64,000 nucleotides of DNA from an uncultured Syntrophomonadaceae bacterium. GTDB lineage: Bacteria > Bacillota > Dethiobacteria > DTU022. Numbering within the stretch: position 1 is the stretch's first letter; every line of letters begins with the position of its first letter. The translations under genes and the position numbers were made by a program. Shown piece by piece: positions 25,696-35,388 of this stretch. The stretch lies in assembly GCA_964436815.1 (NCBI GenBank), contig CAYTER010000006.1, forward strand, positions 2,591 to 66,590, written 5' to 3'. Under the pieces are notes generated by a model that saw only the letters and a list, made by a program, of their open reading frames with translations, was not told the DNA's origin and did not search any database.

Positions 25696-27393
25696 TCACA
25701 CTTTCTGGCTGCGGAAAAGTTTTAGTATATTAACGGCTATTTCTAAATTAAGCGAATCCTCCGGGTTATCCAGGCTAATACCGGTCAGCTCTTCAATTTT
25801 CCGGATCCGGTAGAGCACGGTATTATAATGAGTAAATAGTTTGGTTGAAGTCAGCTTCAGGTTACGATTCGTGTCGTAATAAGTTTCGAGTGTTTTCACT
25901 AACTCCCCTTTGCGGGTTTGATCATAATCAAAGACAGGTTGTAGAAGTTCGTGCACAAAACTCTCAAGATCACCGCGGTTTTTCTCACTTAGTATTTTAT
26001 AAAAACCAAGATTATCATAGAAAACAACCTGGGTTCGATCGGAAAGCTGGGCAATTCTAAGTGCTTCCCGCGCTTCTTCCAAACTGCGGCTAATCTTGCG
26101 CAGGTCGGAATAGTTCCTGCCTACCCCGATATTAAGCGAATCTCCGGAACGAAGGGTCGCGTTTAAGTAATTAGCCAGATCAGTCACGATCTCTTTCAGG
26201 TGGGCGTTGGGATTACCGCCACTGATGCTTCCGACGATGACAATGTTGTTTCCCTTGATGCCGGCAATGAAATTCTCAACGCCGGCCTGTTTGAAGAATA
26301 TATTAATCAATTTGAGCAGGCTTTCCTTTGAACGAGATCCGTTTATATTCATATATTGCTTTATTTCAGTGATCTGATCAACACTGTTATCATTAACGAG
26401 AATTACAGCTGTCGGCAGTTCTAAGTTAATATTAAACACCTTGCCGCGGCTGACAATTTCACCGCTGTTTTCAAAATCGCAGGAAAGCAAAATCTCCAGA
26501 AAATCATTATAATAACTCTTTTCAATTTCATAGATCGCCTTGCGCTTTGTAAATTCAAGCGCCGCTATGGTAGCTGCTCTTTCCATGGTCAGAATATCGG
26601 GTTCGAAAACAGGGTTATTGACAATAGCCACCATGTGGCCGTACTGATATTTATCAGCGATAATCGGTATCCGCAGCGCTTTAATCGTCAAGGGAATATC
26701 AGTTTCGGAGGTGTATTCGAGAGAATACTTGACTTCTTTAATGTTGCCGAAACGAAGCTTTTCTTTCTTGATTTCGATGCTGCCATCAGAGAAAAAGAGT
26801 TCGAACTTGTATTTATCCGGGCAGTCATCGTTGACAATAATGAACCCTTCCCGGTCTGCGATTGCAACAGGATTTGAGATTAGTTTTCCTGTTTCTTTGC
26901 ATAGTTCTTCCAAAGGGCTGCCGTTTAAAGCAAGATCCATTAATTTATTATGAGCCTGCTCCAGTTTTTGCAGAATTTTATTCTGCTTGTTAAAGACAAC
27001 ACCGAGAATCGGGGCAATTATTTCAGAGAAAGAAAGGTCAAAGGGGACTTCCAAAAGGGGGATATCATGGGTATTAGCGCTTTCAATCATTTCAGCGGGT
27101 ATCTCGGACATGTAACGCTTGGTCTTAATGGCCAGAGCGGCGCTGCTGGTCTCATCCATCCGGGGAATCAGTGATTTCATCAGTTCCGGGTATTCACGGA
27201 ATGAATAGCCTGTGGTCAATAAAAACTCTCCATCAATCAGCCAGTCCATAATATCCGGGACTTCGATGACATTAACCAGCTTGATCACCCGATCAAGGCC
27301 ACGTTCGCCTCCAACTAGCTTCAAACGGTCCACAACATCTAAAGAGAGCGCTTCGCGAACAGTAATACCATATTGCTTTTGCATGAGAACCAC
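25696..27393 (-). CDS. PucR-family (purine catabolism-type) transcriptional regulator
   Basis: 565 aa. N-terminal PucR/PurC-like domain (VIEVPDIMDWLIDGEFLLTTGY) and C-terminal PucR HTH (LFTHYNTVLYRIRKIEELTG). Confidence 0.85.
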   Translation of the reverse strand: MVLMQKQYGITVREALSLDVVDRLKLVGGERGLDRVIKLVNVIEVPDIMDWLIDGEFLLTTGYSFREYPELMKSLIPRMDETSSAALAIKTKRYMSEIPAEMIESANTHDIPLLEVPFDLSFSEIIAPILGVVFNKQNKILQKLEQAHNKLMDLALNGSPLEELCKETGKLISNPVAIADREGFIIVNDDCPDKYKFELFFSDGSIEIKKEKLRFGNIKEVKYSLEYTSETDIPLTIKALRIPIIADKYQYGHMVAIVNNPVFEPDILTMERAATIAALEFTKRKAIYEIEKSYYNDFLEILLSCDFENSGEIVSRGKVFNINLELPTAVILVNDNSVDQITEIKQYMNINGSRSKESLLKLINIFFKQAGVENFIAGIKGNNIVIVGSISGGNPNAHLKEIVTDLANYLNATLRSGDSLNIGVGRNYSDLRKISRSLEEAREALRIAQLSDRTQVVFYDNLGFYKILSEKNRGDLESFVHELLQPVFDYDQTRKGELVKTLETYYDTNRNLKLTSTKLFTHYNTVLYRIRKIEELTGISLDNPEDSLNLEIAVNILKLFRSQKV

Positions 27394-27619
27394 CCCTTTT
27401 TATAGTCAGGACAAGTCGTGCAACGGGAGGTAAACGCTGTTAATTAGTTTGTAGCATATTTACAAAGGTTAAACAATATTTTAGTGATATAATCTAAAGG
27501 AAATTCTTAATAAATGTTTAATTTTTAAAATTGTCGATGCAAATCTAAAATAATTGGGTCGTTAAGCAAAAATGATCTGTTTCTAAAAATTCAAATTAAA
27601 AAGCAGGAGGTTGTTATTT

Positions 27620-29176
27620 TTGGTTCTGAAAAGCTACATCTCGAAAAATATGTTTCGTGATTCAGTTTACCTGATGAGACTTTCAAATACAGTAAGAGGT
27701 TTTGATGGAGTGATTGAAGCCGAAGTAATAATCGGCACTGATCATAACAAGAAATTTTTACGTTCCGGCGGGCTCTGGTCAGAAGAAATTGAACGGGAAG
27801 CCGGCGCTAATGATTTAATTATTGCCATTAAAGCAGAGACTGAAGAGAAGGCTGAACAGGCCATACAGGGTGCTCTTGATGAACTCAATAAATCGGTGGA
27901 ACGGGAGAACCTTTTAGGCGAGTTTGTACCGCGGACATTTGAAACAGCGTTAAAGAATTTCCCCGGAGCTAATATGGCTCTGATCTCAATACCCGGCAGA
28001 TATGTCGAGCGGGAAGTAGACCAGATTCTTGACTCCGGACTTAATGTGATGATCTTCAGTGATAATGTCAGTATTGAAGCAGAGATTGCTTTAAAGAAAA
28101 AAGCTAAGAACAAAGGGCTGCTTGTGATGGGACCTGACTGTGGAACCGCCATTATCAATGGTGTTCCACTGGCATTTGCCAATGAAGTCAAAAGAGGCAA
28201 GATCGGTATTGTTGCCGCTGCCGGAACCGGTTTGCAGGAAGTATCAACCCTGATCAGTAATCTTGGCGAAGGAATCAGCCAGGGTATCGGCACCGGTGGT
28301 CGTGATGTGAAGGAAGCAGTCGGTGGAATCAGTATGCTGATGGCGCTGGAAGCCCTGCTCGAAGACGAGAAAACTGAAATAGTGGTTCTAGTTTCCAAGC
28401 CGCCGGATAAAAGCGTAACAGAGAAAGTACTTGAGTTGGCGAAAAAGAGCAGAAAACCGGTTATAGTCAATTTTTTAGGCGGCGATCTTGCTCAAGTCGA
28501 ATCAGCAGGTTGTATACCCGCTGTTACGTTAAAGGAAGCCGCCTACAAAGCGGTCAGCCTGGTACGCAAACAGGAAGTAGGTCCGGAGGCTAAGCAACAA
28601 GCCGATAAAAAACTGGCGGAAAAAGAGCAAAATAAACTGGCAGGCAGCCAGAAATATCTACGGGCGCTTTATTCAGGCGGCACCCTGGCTTATGAAGCAT
28701 TAGTCATGCTGGAGGGTCAAATTAAACCAATTTATACCAATTTGAGTTATCGGAGTGCTAAAAAAATCGAAGATGTTTATAGAAGTCGTGAACATACGGT
28801 TATTGACTTTGGAGAAGATGAATTTACCCAGGGAAGACTTCACCCGATGATCGATCCTACGTTACGCAACAGCCGGATCCTGAATGAAGCCAAAGACCCG
28901 GAAACGGCTGTAATCATGCTTGACCTTGTGCTCGGGTATAACGCTCATCCTGATCCGGCCGGTTCAGCATTGGAAGCAATTAAAGAAGCTCAGCAAATAG
29001 CGAAAAATGATGGGAGAAGTATCACCTTTGTTACTTCTGTCTGCGGCACTGATCAGGACCCGCAAAAAAGAAACGAACAGGTAGCCAAACTCGAAAAAGC
29101 CGGTGTTCACGTTTTTGAAAGCAATGCTGATGCAGTCGCTTTCCTGGCTATGGTTCTGTCATTTAAGAAGGAATAA
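27620..29176 (+). CDS. fdrA: FdrA (AllF)-family protein, succinyl-CoA-synthetase-alpha-like
   Basis: The ORF track starts at TTG 27611, which abuts the RBS. The in-frame TTG at 27620 is 9 nt after AGGAGG. The N-terminus FRDSVYLMRLS resembles E. coli FdrA, and a CoA-ligase-like core follows (GIVAAAGTGLQE). Confidence 0.85.
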   Translation: MVLKSYISKNMFRDSVYLMRLSNTVRGFDGVIEAEVIIGTDHNKKFLRSGGLWSEEIEREAGANDLIIAIKAETEEKAEQAIQGALDELNKSVERENLLGEFVPRTFETALKNFPGANMALISIPGRYVEREVDQILDSGLNVMIFSDNVSIEAEIALKKKAKNKGLLVMGPDCGTAIINGVPLAFANEVKRGKIGIVAAAGTGLQEVSTLISNLGEGISQGIGTGGRDVKEAVGGISMLMALEALLEDEKTEIVVLVSKPPDKSVTEKVLELAKKSRKPVIVNFLGGDLAQVESAGCIPAVTLKEAAYKAVSLVRKQEVGPEAKQQADKKLAEKEQNKLAGSQKYLRALYSGGTLAYEALVMLEGQIKPIYTNLSYRSAKKIEDVYRSREHTVIDFGEDEFTQGRLHPMIDPTLRNSRILNEAKDPETAVIMLDLVLGYNAHPDPAGSALEAIKEAQQIAKNDGRSITFVTSVCGTDQDPQKRNEQVAKLEKAGVHVFESNADAVAFLAMVLSFKKE

Positions 29177-29220
29177 TATGGTGCTATTTTATACGAGCTG
29201 CTAAACGGGAGGCAGAGCTG

Positions 29221-29382
29221 ATGAAAAAACTCTTTGAAAGCGAACTAAAAGTAATTAATATCGGCCTTGAGGGATTTGCCGATACCCTGAAGGAGAGAGA
29301 AACGCCTGTAATGCACGTACGCTGGCAACCACCCGCCATGGGCGATAGTGATCTGTTGAGCCTGCTGGATAAATTAAAATAA
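29221..29382 (+). CDS. Unannotated 53-aa ORF between fdrA and the DUF1116 gene
   Basis: Below the ORF-track length cutoff. ATG lies 8 nt after GGGAGG (29207-29212). Translates to MKKLFESELKVINIGLEGFADTLKERETPVMHVRWQPPAMGDSDLLSLLDKLK*. It fills the otherwise non-coding gap almost exactly. Confidence 0.5.
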   Translation: MKKLFESELKVINIGLEGFADTLKERETPVMHVRWQPPAMGDSDLLSLLDKLK

Positions 29383-29404
29383 TTTTCTGGAGGTGTGCTT
29401 TAAA

Positions 29405-30706
29405 ATGAGTAAGTATGATCAGGCAAATCAGGAAGCGGTTAAGAGAATGATGCTTTCCAGACCGGTCTGGGTTGATGTGGGACGGGCTAAAGATGTAATC
29501 CCCGGGATGAAAGACAACCTCTTTCTTCATGCCGGCCCGCCAATCAGCTGGGAGCGGATGAGCGGTCCCCTGAAAGGAGCAATCATCGGTGGGCTGATTT
29601 ATGAGGGTAAAGCCAAGAACCGTGAAGAAGCTGAAAAACTGGCAGCATCGGGAACAATCGAATTTGCACCCTGTCATCATTACAACACGGTCGGACCGAT
29701 GGCCGGGGTTACAACACCTTCGCAAATGGTCTTTATTTTAGAGGACAAAGAGTGGGGCGGTTTCACCTATTCAAACATGAACGAAGGTTACGGAAAAGTT
29801 TTGCGCTACGGCGCTTATGACGAATCAGTTTTAAACCGGCTGAAGTGGCTAGATGAAGTTTATGCTCCGGTTATTAGAGAAGCAGTACATCTGGCTAAGG
29901 GCATAGACATTAAAACAATCATTGCCCAGGCTTTACACATGGGGGACGACGGCCATAACAGGAACAGGGCGACCACATCCCTTTTCATTCGTAGCATTGC
30001 TCCATTTATTGCCGAGACACAGTGGGGCAAAAAAACTGATTATGATGCTCCGCGCCTTGATCTTTCAAATGTATCGGAATACTTCAAGGGGAAAAAAGCA
30101 ACAGCTGCTGCCGAGGTGCTGGCTTTCATGCACAGCAATGATTTAACCTCGCTTAATGCGATCATGGCTGCCTGCAAGAGTATGGCCCTGGCTGCCCACG
30201 GAGTGGAAAACTCGACTGTTGTAACTACCATGGCCCGCAACGGGACCGATTTTGGCATCAGGGTCAGCAGTACCGGTGACAAGTGGTTCACAGCACCGGC
30301 CAATGTACCCGATGGCCTTTATTTCTCAGGCTTCAGCGCATCTGACGCTAACCCTGATATCGGAGACAGCGTAATCACCGAAACAGTTGGAATAGGTGGA
30401 TTCGCCATGGCTGCAGCCCCGGCAATTGTAAACTTTATCGGCGGTTCACCGGCTGATGCCTTTGAGGCGACCAACGAGATGTTCGAAATAACAGTGGCAG
30501 AAAATAACAACTTCAATATACCCGCCATGGACTTTAAAGGCACCCCGACAGGAATCGATGTCCGAAAGGTTGTTGAAAAGGGCATAGTGCCTCGGATTAA
30601 TACCGGTATAGCTCATAAGGAGCCAGGTATTGGGCAGGTCGGAGCCGGTATTGTCAAGCCACCGATGGAAATCTTTGTCGCGGCGCTTAAAGAATTGGCA
30701 AAATAA
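29405..30706 (+). CDS. DUF1116 / AllG (YlbE)-like protein
   Basis: The ORF track starts at GTG 29393. I prefer ATG 29405 (MSKYDQANQEAV...) by analogy with the E. coli YlbE N-terminus. LHAGPPISWERMSGPLKGA and FAPCHHYNTVGPMAG. Confidence 0.85.
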   Translation: MSKYDQANQEAVKRMMLSRPVWVDVGRAKDVIPGMKDNLFLHAGPPISWERMSGPLKGAIIGGLIYEGKAKNREEAEKLAASGTIEFAPCHHYNTVGPMAGVTTPSQMVFILEDKEWGGFTYSNMNEGYGKVLRYGAYDESVLNRLKWLDEVYAPVIREAVHLAKGIDIKTIIAQALHMGDDGHNRNRATTSLFIRSIAPFIAETQWGKKTDYDAPRLDLSNVSEYFKGKKATAAAEVLAFMHSNDLTSLNAIMAACKSMALAAHGVENSTVVTTMARNGTDFGIRVSSTGDKWFTAPANVPDGLYFSGFSASDANPDIGDSVITETVGIGGFAMAAAPAIVNFIGGSPADAFEATNEMFEITVAENNNFNIPAMDFKGTPTGIDVRKVVEKGIVPRINTGIAHKEPGIGQVGAGIVKPPMEIFVAALKELAK

Positions 30707-30751
30707 AGATATATCAAGCTAATATTACTTTTATGGAGGTGATCCAACCAA

Positions 30752-31588
30752 ATGCTTTCTTACGACTATGTTAAATGCGCCGACTTAAAGCAGGCTTTTG
30801 AGATCCTGAAAAGCAATGAGCACGCGCTACCTTTTGCCGGCGGAACCGATTTGATGGTCGGGATGCGTGGCGGTAAATTTGCTCCCCGCCTTTTGGTTGA
30901 TATTAAAGGCCTGGAGGAGCTTCATGTTCTTAAAGAAGATGATTCAGGAATTACAGTTGGTGCTGCAGTTACCCTAAATCAGATCGCACTTTTTGACCCA
31001 ATCGTTAAAAACGCCACCCCCCTGGCTGAGGGCGCTCATAGCGTAGGCAGCTATGCAATCCGTAACAGGGCGACTCTGGCCGGTAATATTTGCAACGCCT
31101 CGCCGGCTGCAGACACAGCTGCTCCATTATATAGCCTGGCAGCTGTGATAAACCTGATTGGTCCGGATCAGAAGCGATCCATGCCGATTGAAGAATTTTT
31201 TCTCGGTCCCGGCAGGACTGCATTGCAGAAAGGTGAGCTAGTCCACTCTTTTTTAATCCCAAAACCATACGCGAACGGAAAAGGAGTTTATTTTAAAGCA
31301 TCAAGGACCGGTTCGGTTGACCTTTCAACAGTGGGAGTTGCGGTTCAAAATTGGAGCGGCAAGGTAAGAATTGCCGTAGGTGCTGTTGCCCCGACGCCGG
31401 TCAGAGCTTTTCAGGTTGAGAAAGCGATCAATGAAGGCGGAGAAAAAGATTGGGCAAAAGCTGCAAGATTGGTCCATGAGGACATTTCACCGATCACGGA
31501 TCTGAGAGGTTCACGTGACTATCGCTACCATATCGCCGAGGTTCTGGTCCGCCGTGGACTCGAGCAGACATTGGGGGTGTGGAAATGA
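30752..31588 (+). CDS. Xanthine-dehydrogenase-family FAD-binding (medium) subunit
   Basis: 278 aa. FAGGTDLMVGMR and RNRATLAGNICNASPAAD. Confidence 0.9.
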   Translation: MLSYDYVKCADLKQAFEILKSNEHALPFAGGTDLMVGMRGGKFAPRLLVDIKGLEELHVLKEDDSGITVGAAVTLNQIALFDPIVKNATPLAEGAHSVGSYAIRNRATLAGNICNASPAADTAAPLYSLAAVINLIGPDQKRSMPIEEFFLGPGRTALQKGELVHSFLIPKPYANGKGVYFKASRTGSVDLSTVGVAVQNWSGKVRIAVGAVAPTPVRAFQVEKAINEGGEKDWAKAARLVHEDISPITDLRGSRDYRYHIAEVLVRRGLEQTLGVWK

Positions 31589-32052
31589 CAAAAACAGTAA
31601 CCCTTAACTTTACTGTAAATGGTGATCGTGAAACCAGGGAAACTTATATTGGGCAAACCCTGTTAAAATTTATCCGGGAGGAACTGCACCTGACCGGCAC
31701 CAAGGAAGGCTGTGAAATTGGTGAATGCGGGGCCTGCACAGTATTATTGAATGGTAAACCAGTCAATAGTTGTCTGGTTCTGGCGGTTGAGCTCGATGGC
31801 AAGGAACTGGTAACAATTGAAGGTTTGTCAAAAAATGGCGAACTTGACAAGCTTCAAAAAGCCTTTATCAAGCATGCTGCTTTTCAATGCGGTTATTGCA
31901 CGCCGGGAATGATCATGGCGGGAAAGGCGCTTCTGGATCGAAAGCCTAACCCGACAGATGAGGATATAAACGAAGCCTTAAGCGGTAACCTCTGCCGTTG
32001 CGGCGCTTACCAGGAAATCAGAGAGGCAATCAAAGCCTCAGCGAAAAGTTAA
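31585..32052 (+). CDS. Xanthine-dehydrogenase-family [2Fe-2S] (small) subunit
   Basis: I prefer ATG 31585 (ATGA overlap with the upstream stop). GCEIGECGACTV and QCGYCTPGMIM...CRCGAY. Confidence 0.9.
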   Translation: MTKTVTLNFTVNGDRETRETYIGQTLLKFIREELHLTGTKEGCEIGECGACTVLLNGKPVNSCLVLAVELDGKELVTIEGLSKNGELDKLQKAFIKHAAFQCGYCTPGMIMAGKALLDRKPNPTDEDINEALSGNLCRCGAYQEIREAIKASAKS

Positions 32053-32071
32053 GGAGAAAGGAGGAATATAA

Positions 32072-34369
32072 ATGGCGGATTTAAAATATGTGGGAACTTC
32101 AGTTCCGCGAAAAGACGCTGTCGATAAAGTAACCGGTGCGGCGGAGTTTATTGATGACCGATTTCTTGGCCCCTTACTTTATGTAAAAATGAAAAAGAGT
32201 ACCGTTGCCCACGGTAAAATCAAAAAACTGGATATAGCCAAAGCCGCAGCTCACCCGGGAGTAAAGACAGTGATGACCGGTAAGGATTATCCGAATAAAA
32301 TAGGGCTTTACCTGGTTGACAGAGACTTTGTCGCTGTTGATAAAGTTCGTTTTATCGGTGAACCGGTCGCCATAGTGGCTGCAACGAGTGAAAGAGCAGC
32401 CCTTGAAGCTGTTGAACTCATTGAAGTTGAATATGAAGAGCTACCCGGGGTTTTTGATCCCCGCGAGGGCATGAAACCTGAGTCGCCACTGGTCCACGAA
32501 AATTTGGAAGCCTACGAAAGAGTGCCGATCTTCTATCCAGTGCCGGGCACTAATATCAGCAACCATTTTAAACTGCGCAAAGGCGATGTGGAAAAAGGTT
32601 TTGCTGAAGCAGACCTGGTGATCGAGCGTGACTACTATGTGCCGCAGATGCAACATGTACCGATCGAAACGCATAAGGCTGCAGCTCAATGGAGCCCGGG
32701 CGGCAAACTAACGGTTTGGAGTACTGCTCAATCACCAAACGTAGTGCGGCAGTTGCTGGCCAAAGCTTTTGAACTGCCAATGCAGAATATCAGGGTAATT
32801 TCCAGCTATATCGGCGGTGGTTTCGGTTGTAAGGCCGGCGCTTCCCTTGAGGGCCTGGTTATACCGATCGCCATGAAATTCCCCGGCTATGTAGCCAAAA
32901 TAGTCTTCAATCGTGAGGAAGATATGCAGGGCACTTTTATGCGTCAGGGCCTCTATTCAACGCTTAAAACAGGGGTCCGTAAAAATGGACGGATCACTGC
33001 CCTGGAATATAAAATGGTCTGGGATGGTGGAGCCTACACCGAGTATGGTGTCAATATCGTCAGGGCTGCCGGTTACAGCTCAACAGGCGCTTATGACATT
33101 CCGAATGTAAAAACAGATTCATATTGTGTCTACACCAACAATTCAATTGGCGGCCCGGTACGTGGCTTTGGCATGTGTGAAATGCAGTGGGGCATTGAAC
33201 GTCAGATTGAAGAGATTGCCAAAGAGCTAAAGATGGATCCGCTGGAAGTGCGCCTGCTTAACGGCATGAAAGAAGGCTCAACGACCGCAGCCGGTCAGGT
33301 GGTTCATCATGTAGCTTATGACAAATGCCTTAAAACTGTAGCGGATAAGATTGGCTGGGGTAAAAAGGAGGGCAAGTTCCGCGGCAAAGGGATAGCCGGA
33401 TTAGTTAAATGCCCGGCCCAGCCGAGCAACGCTGCTTCATCGGCGATCATCCGCATTAATGAAGATGGCAGCGCCCACGTGATGATTGGGGCTACTGAGA
33501 TGGGCCAGGGTATGCTGACCGCAATCAGCCAGATCGCGGCTGAAGGCCTGAATATCCCGGTGGATAAGATTGATATCAAGGTTCCCGATACCGATTTTAC
33601 CCCTTACGAATGGCAGAGCGTAGGCAGCAGGGTTACTTATACCTGCGGAACTGCTGTAAAACGGGCTGCGGCAGATGCCCTGGGGCAGATTTATTCTGTA
33701 GCATCCAACCTGCTGGAAGTACCGAAAGAAGACTTAAGTTTTGACGGTAAAATGGTTTATTCAACTAAAGATAAAAACATCAAAGCGACGATCAGGGAGG
33801 TAGCAGACAGCTGCAAGAAGTGCACCGGTGAGGGTATAGCCGGACCGATTATCGGCCGTGGTTCTTTTGTGCCATCCAATATGACCAACCTTGATCCGGA
33901 AACCGGACAGGGTAATCCCGGTCTCTTTTACTGTTTCGGAGCAACGGCAGTTGAAGTGGAAGTTGACCCTGAAACCGGGGTAATTACTGTATTACAGCTG
34001 GCCAGCTCAATTGATGCCGGCAAGGCTGTAAACCCGCAGCTCTGTCATGTGCAGCTACATGGTGGAGCAATAATGGGACTTTCTACTGCTCTATACGAGG
34101 AAGTAAAGTTCGACAAGGGTGTGATGCTAAACCGTAACTTTACAGATTACAAGATAGCAGCAATCGACAATACCCCATATCTTGACAGTTTCATCATTGA
34201 GACACCTGAGGAAAACGGACCGTACGGCGCCCGGGGTATCGGCGAACAACCGATGATCGGTGTAGCTCCGGCAATTGCCAATGCGGTGTGCGACGCCCTG
34301 GATATTGATGTGAACACATTCCCATTAACACCGGAGCGTGTCTGGCAGGCTATTAAAGCTAAAAAATAA
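32072..34369 (+). CDS. Xanthine-dehydrogenase-family molybdopterin-binding (large) subunit
   Basis: 765 aa. a/b-hammerhead N-terminus, GGGFGCK, and an ARGIGEQP active-site Glu context. Confidence 0.9.
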   Translation: MADLKYVGTSVPRKDAVDKVTGAAEFIDDRFLGPLLYVKMKKSTVAHGKIKKLDIAKAAAHPGVKTVMTGKDYPNKIGLYLVDRDFVAVDKVRFIGEPVAIVAATSERAALEAVELIEVEYEELPGVFDPREGMKPESPLVHENLEAYERVPIFYPVPGTNISNHFKLRKGDVEKGFAEADLVIERDYYVPQMQHVPIETHKAAAQWSPGGKLTVWSTAQSPNVVRQLLAKAFELPMQNIRVISSYIGGGFGCKAGASLEGLVIPIAMKFPGYVAKIVFNREEDMQGTFMRQGLYSTLKTGVRKNGRITALEYKMVWDGGAYTEYGVNIVRAAGYSSTGAYDIPNVKTDSYCVYTNNSIGGPVRGFGMCEMQWGIERQIEEIAKELKMDPLEVRLLNGMKEGSTTAAGQVVHHVAYDKCLKTVADKIGWGKKEGKFRGKGIAGLVKCPAQPSNAASSAIIRINEDGSAHVMIGATEMGQGMLTAISQIAAEGLNIPVDKIDIKVPDTDFTPYEWQSVGSRVTYTCGTAVKRAAADALGQIYSVASNLLEVPKEDLSFDGKMVYSTKDKNIKATIREVADSCKKCTGEGIAGPIIGRGSFVPSNMTNLDPETGQGNPGLFYCFGATAVEVEVDPETGVITVLQLASSIDAGKAVNPQLCHVQLHGGAIMGLSTALYEEVKFDKGVMLNRNFTDYKIAAIDNTPYLDSFIIETPEENGPYGARGIGEQPMIGVAPAIANAVCDALDIDVNTFPLTPERVWQAIKAKK

Positions 34370-34392
34370 CACTCAAGAGGGTTTTAAGATTG

Positions 34393-34425
34393 GGGGTACG
34401 GGTTAATACCGTGCCCCTTTATTTT
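34393..34425 (+). terminator. Rho-independent terminator after the Mo-subunit gene
   Basis: GGGGTACGG-loop-CCGTGCCCC, then TTTATTTT. Confidence 0.55.
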
Positions 34426-34506
34426 ATGCCTATGCATAAAATGCATCTCCTTTAGTTTGTAGTATAATTATGATGTTATTAAGAAGACGGCAAAAGGAAG
34501 GAACCG

Positions 34507-35304
34507 ATGATTCCTAAATTAGTAGTGATCAGAGGTGCCGGTGATCTGGCAACAGGAGTTGCCCATCGTCTCTGGCAGGCAGGGTTTGAGCCGGTTATGC
34601 TTGAACTCGAAAAACCGCTGGTCGTCCGCCGCACGGTATCGTTTGCCACGGCAGTATTTGAGAAGTCAATAACCGTGGAGGGCATTACGGCCATGCTTGG
34701 CTCTAGTGCAGAAGATGCCTGTAAATTATTGAACAGTAATATAATACCGGTTATTATTGATCCGGATGCAGGATCACTCGCAACCTTGCAACCCAAAATA
34801 GTAGTCGATGCCACTATGTCCAAAGGAAATGTGATTACCAGTCTGAACGATGCTCAACTGGTGATCGGTTTAGGGCCGGGTTTTTCAGCGGGTGTTGATG
34901 TCCATGCAGTTGTAGAGACAAAGAGGGGGCATTCACTGGGCAGAGCCATTTATCAGGGTTCTGCAGCCGAAGATACAGGCGAGCCGGGGTTAATAGCCGG
35001 GTATGGCCGTGAAAGACTGCTTCGTGCGCCGGTTAATGGGACAATAAAACCGGCTAAAGATATAGGTGCACTGGTAGAGAAGGGTGAAGTTGTCGCTACA
35101 GTAGATAAAATACCGATCAAGGCAGAAATAAGCGGAATGTTGCGGGGTATGCTCTACCCGGGTTTGACAGTAAGCCGGGGGGTTAAAGTCGGCGATATTG
35201 ATCCCCGGGGTGTAGAAGTTGATTATTTAGCAATCTCCGACAAGGCCAGAGCGATCGGCGGTGGCGTTCTCGAAATAATCCTGAACCGTTATTTCAAGTA
35301 TTAA
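34507..35304 (+). CDS. yqeB: YqeB-family selenium-dependent molybdenum hydroxylase system protein
   Basis: 265 aa. The N-terminus VVIRGAGDLATGVAHRLWQAGFEPVMLE and the overall size match my recollection of the YqeB (EF2563-type) family. Context: next to an XDH-family enzyme and yqeC. Confidence 0.7.
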   Translation: MIPKLVVIRGAGDLATGVAHRLWQAGFEPVMLELEKPLVVRRTVSFATAVFEKSITVEGITAMLGSSAEDACKLLNSNIIPVIIDPDAGSLATLQPKIVVDATMSKGNVITSLNDAQLVIGLGPGFSAGVDVHAVVETKRGHSLGRAIYQGSAAEDTGEPGLIAGYGRERLLRAPVNGTIKPAKDIGALVEKGEVVATVDKIPIKAEISGMLRGMLYPGLTVSRGVKVGDIDPRGVEVDYLAISDKARAIGGGVLEIILNRYFKY

Positions 35305-35388
35305 CAAAACTTATTAACTGTCCCGGGTTAAAAGATGATGATCCCCCTTTAAAAAGGGTAAAAGCAAATAATAATTGGAGGAATATAG

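Noticed and set aside
25640-25700. The inverted repeat GTGATTAT...ATAATCAC at the 3' end of the PucR-type gene, considered as its terminator.
   Set aside because: The arms are only 8 bp with a 21-nt loop, the repeat overlaps the stop codon, and no T-run follows on the minus strand. The nearby hairpin at 25596-25633 with flanking A/T runs is a better bidirectional terminator.
27742-28470. A 242-aa ORF on the minus strand inside fdrA.
   Set aside because: It is antisense to a gene with clear family motifs. Its product is Ser/Pro/Thr-rich and repetitive, and it has no RBS. The same reasoning applies to other long antisense ORFs: 14332..14865, 11776..12237, 17928..18377, 18082..18555, 46479..46952, 54479..54949, 22522..22917, 34479..34823, 55049..55360, 56778..57095 and 1093..1434.
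29255-29725. A 156-aa minus-strand ORF spanning the fdrA/DUF1116 junction.
   Set aside because: It overlaps the strongly supported start of the DUF1116 gene and the RBS-supported 53-codon + strand ORF. Its product is Cys/Arg/His-rich with no recognisable fold signature.
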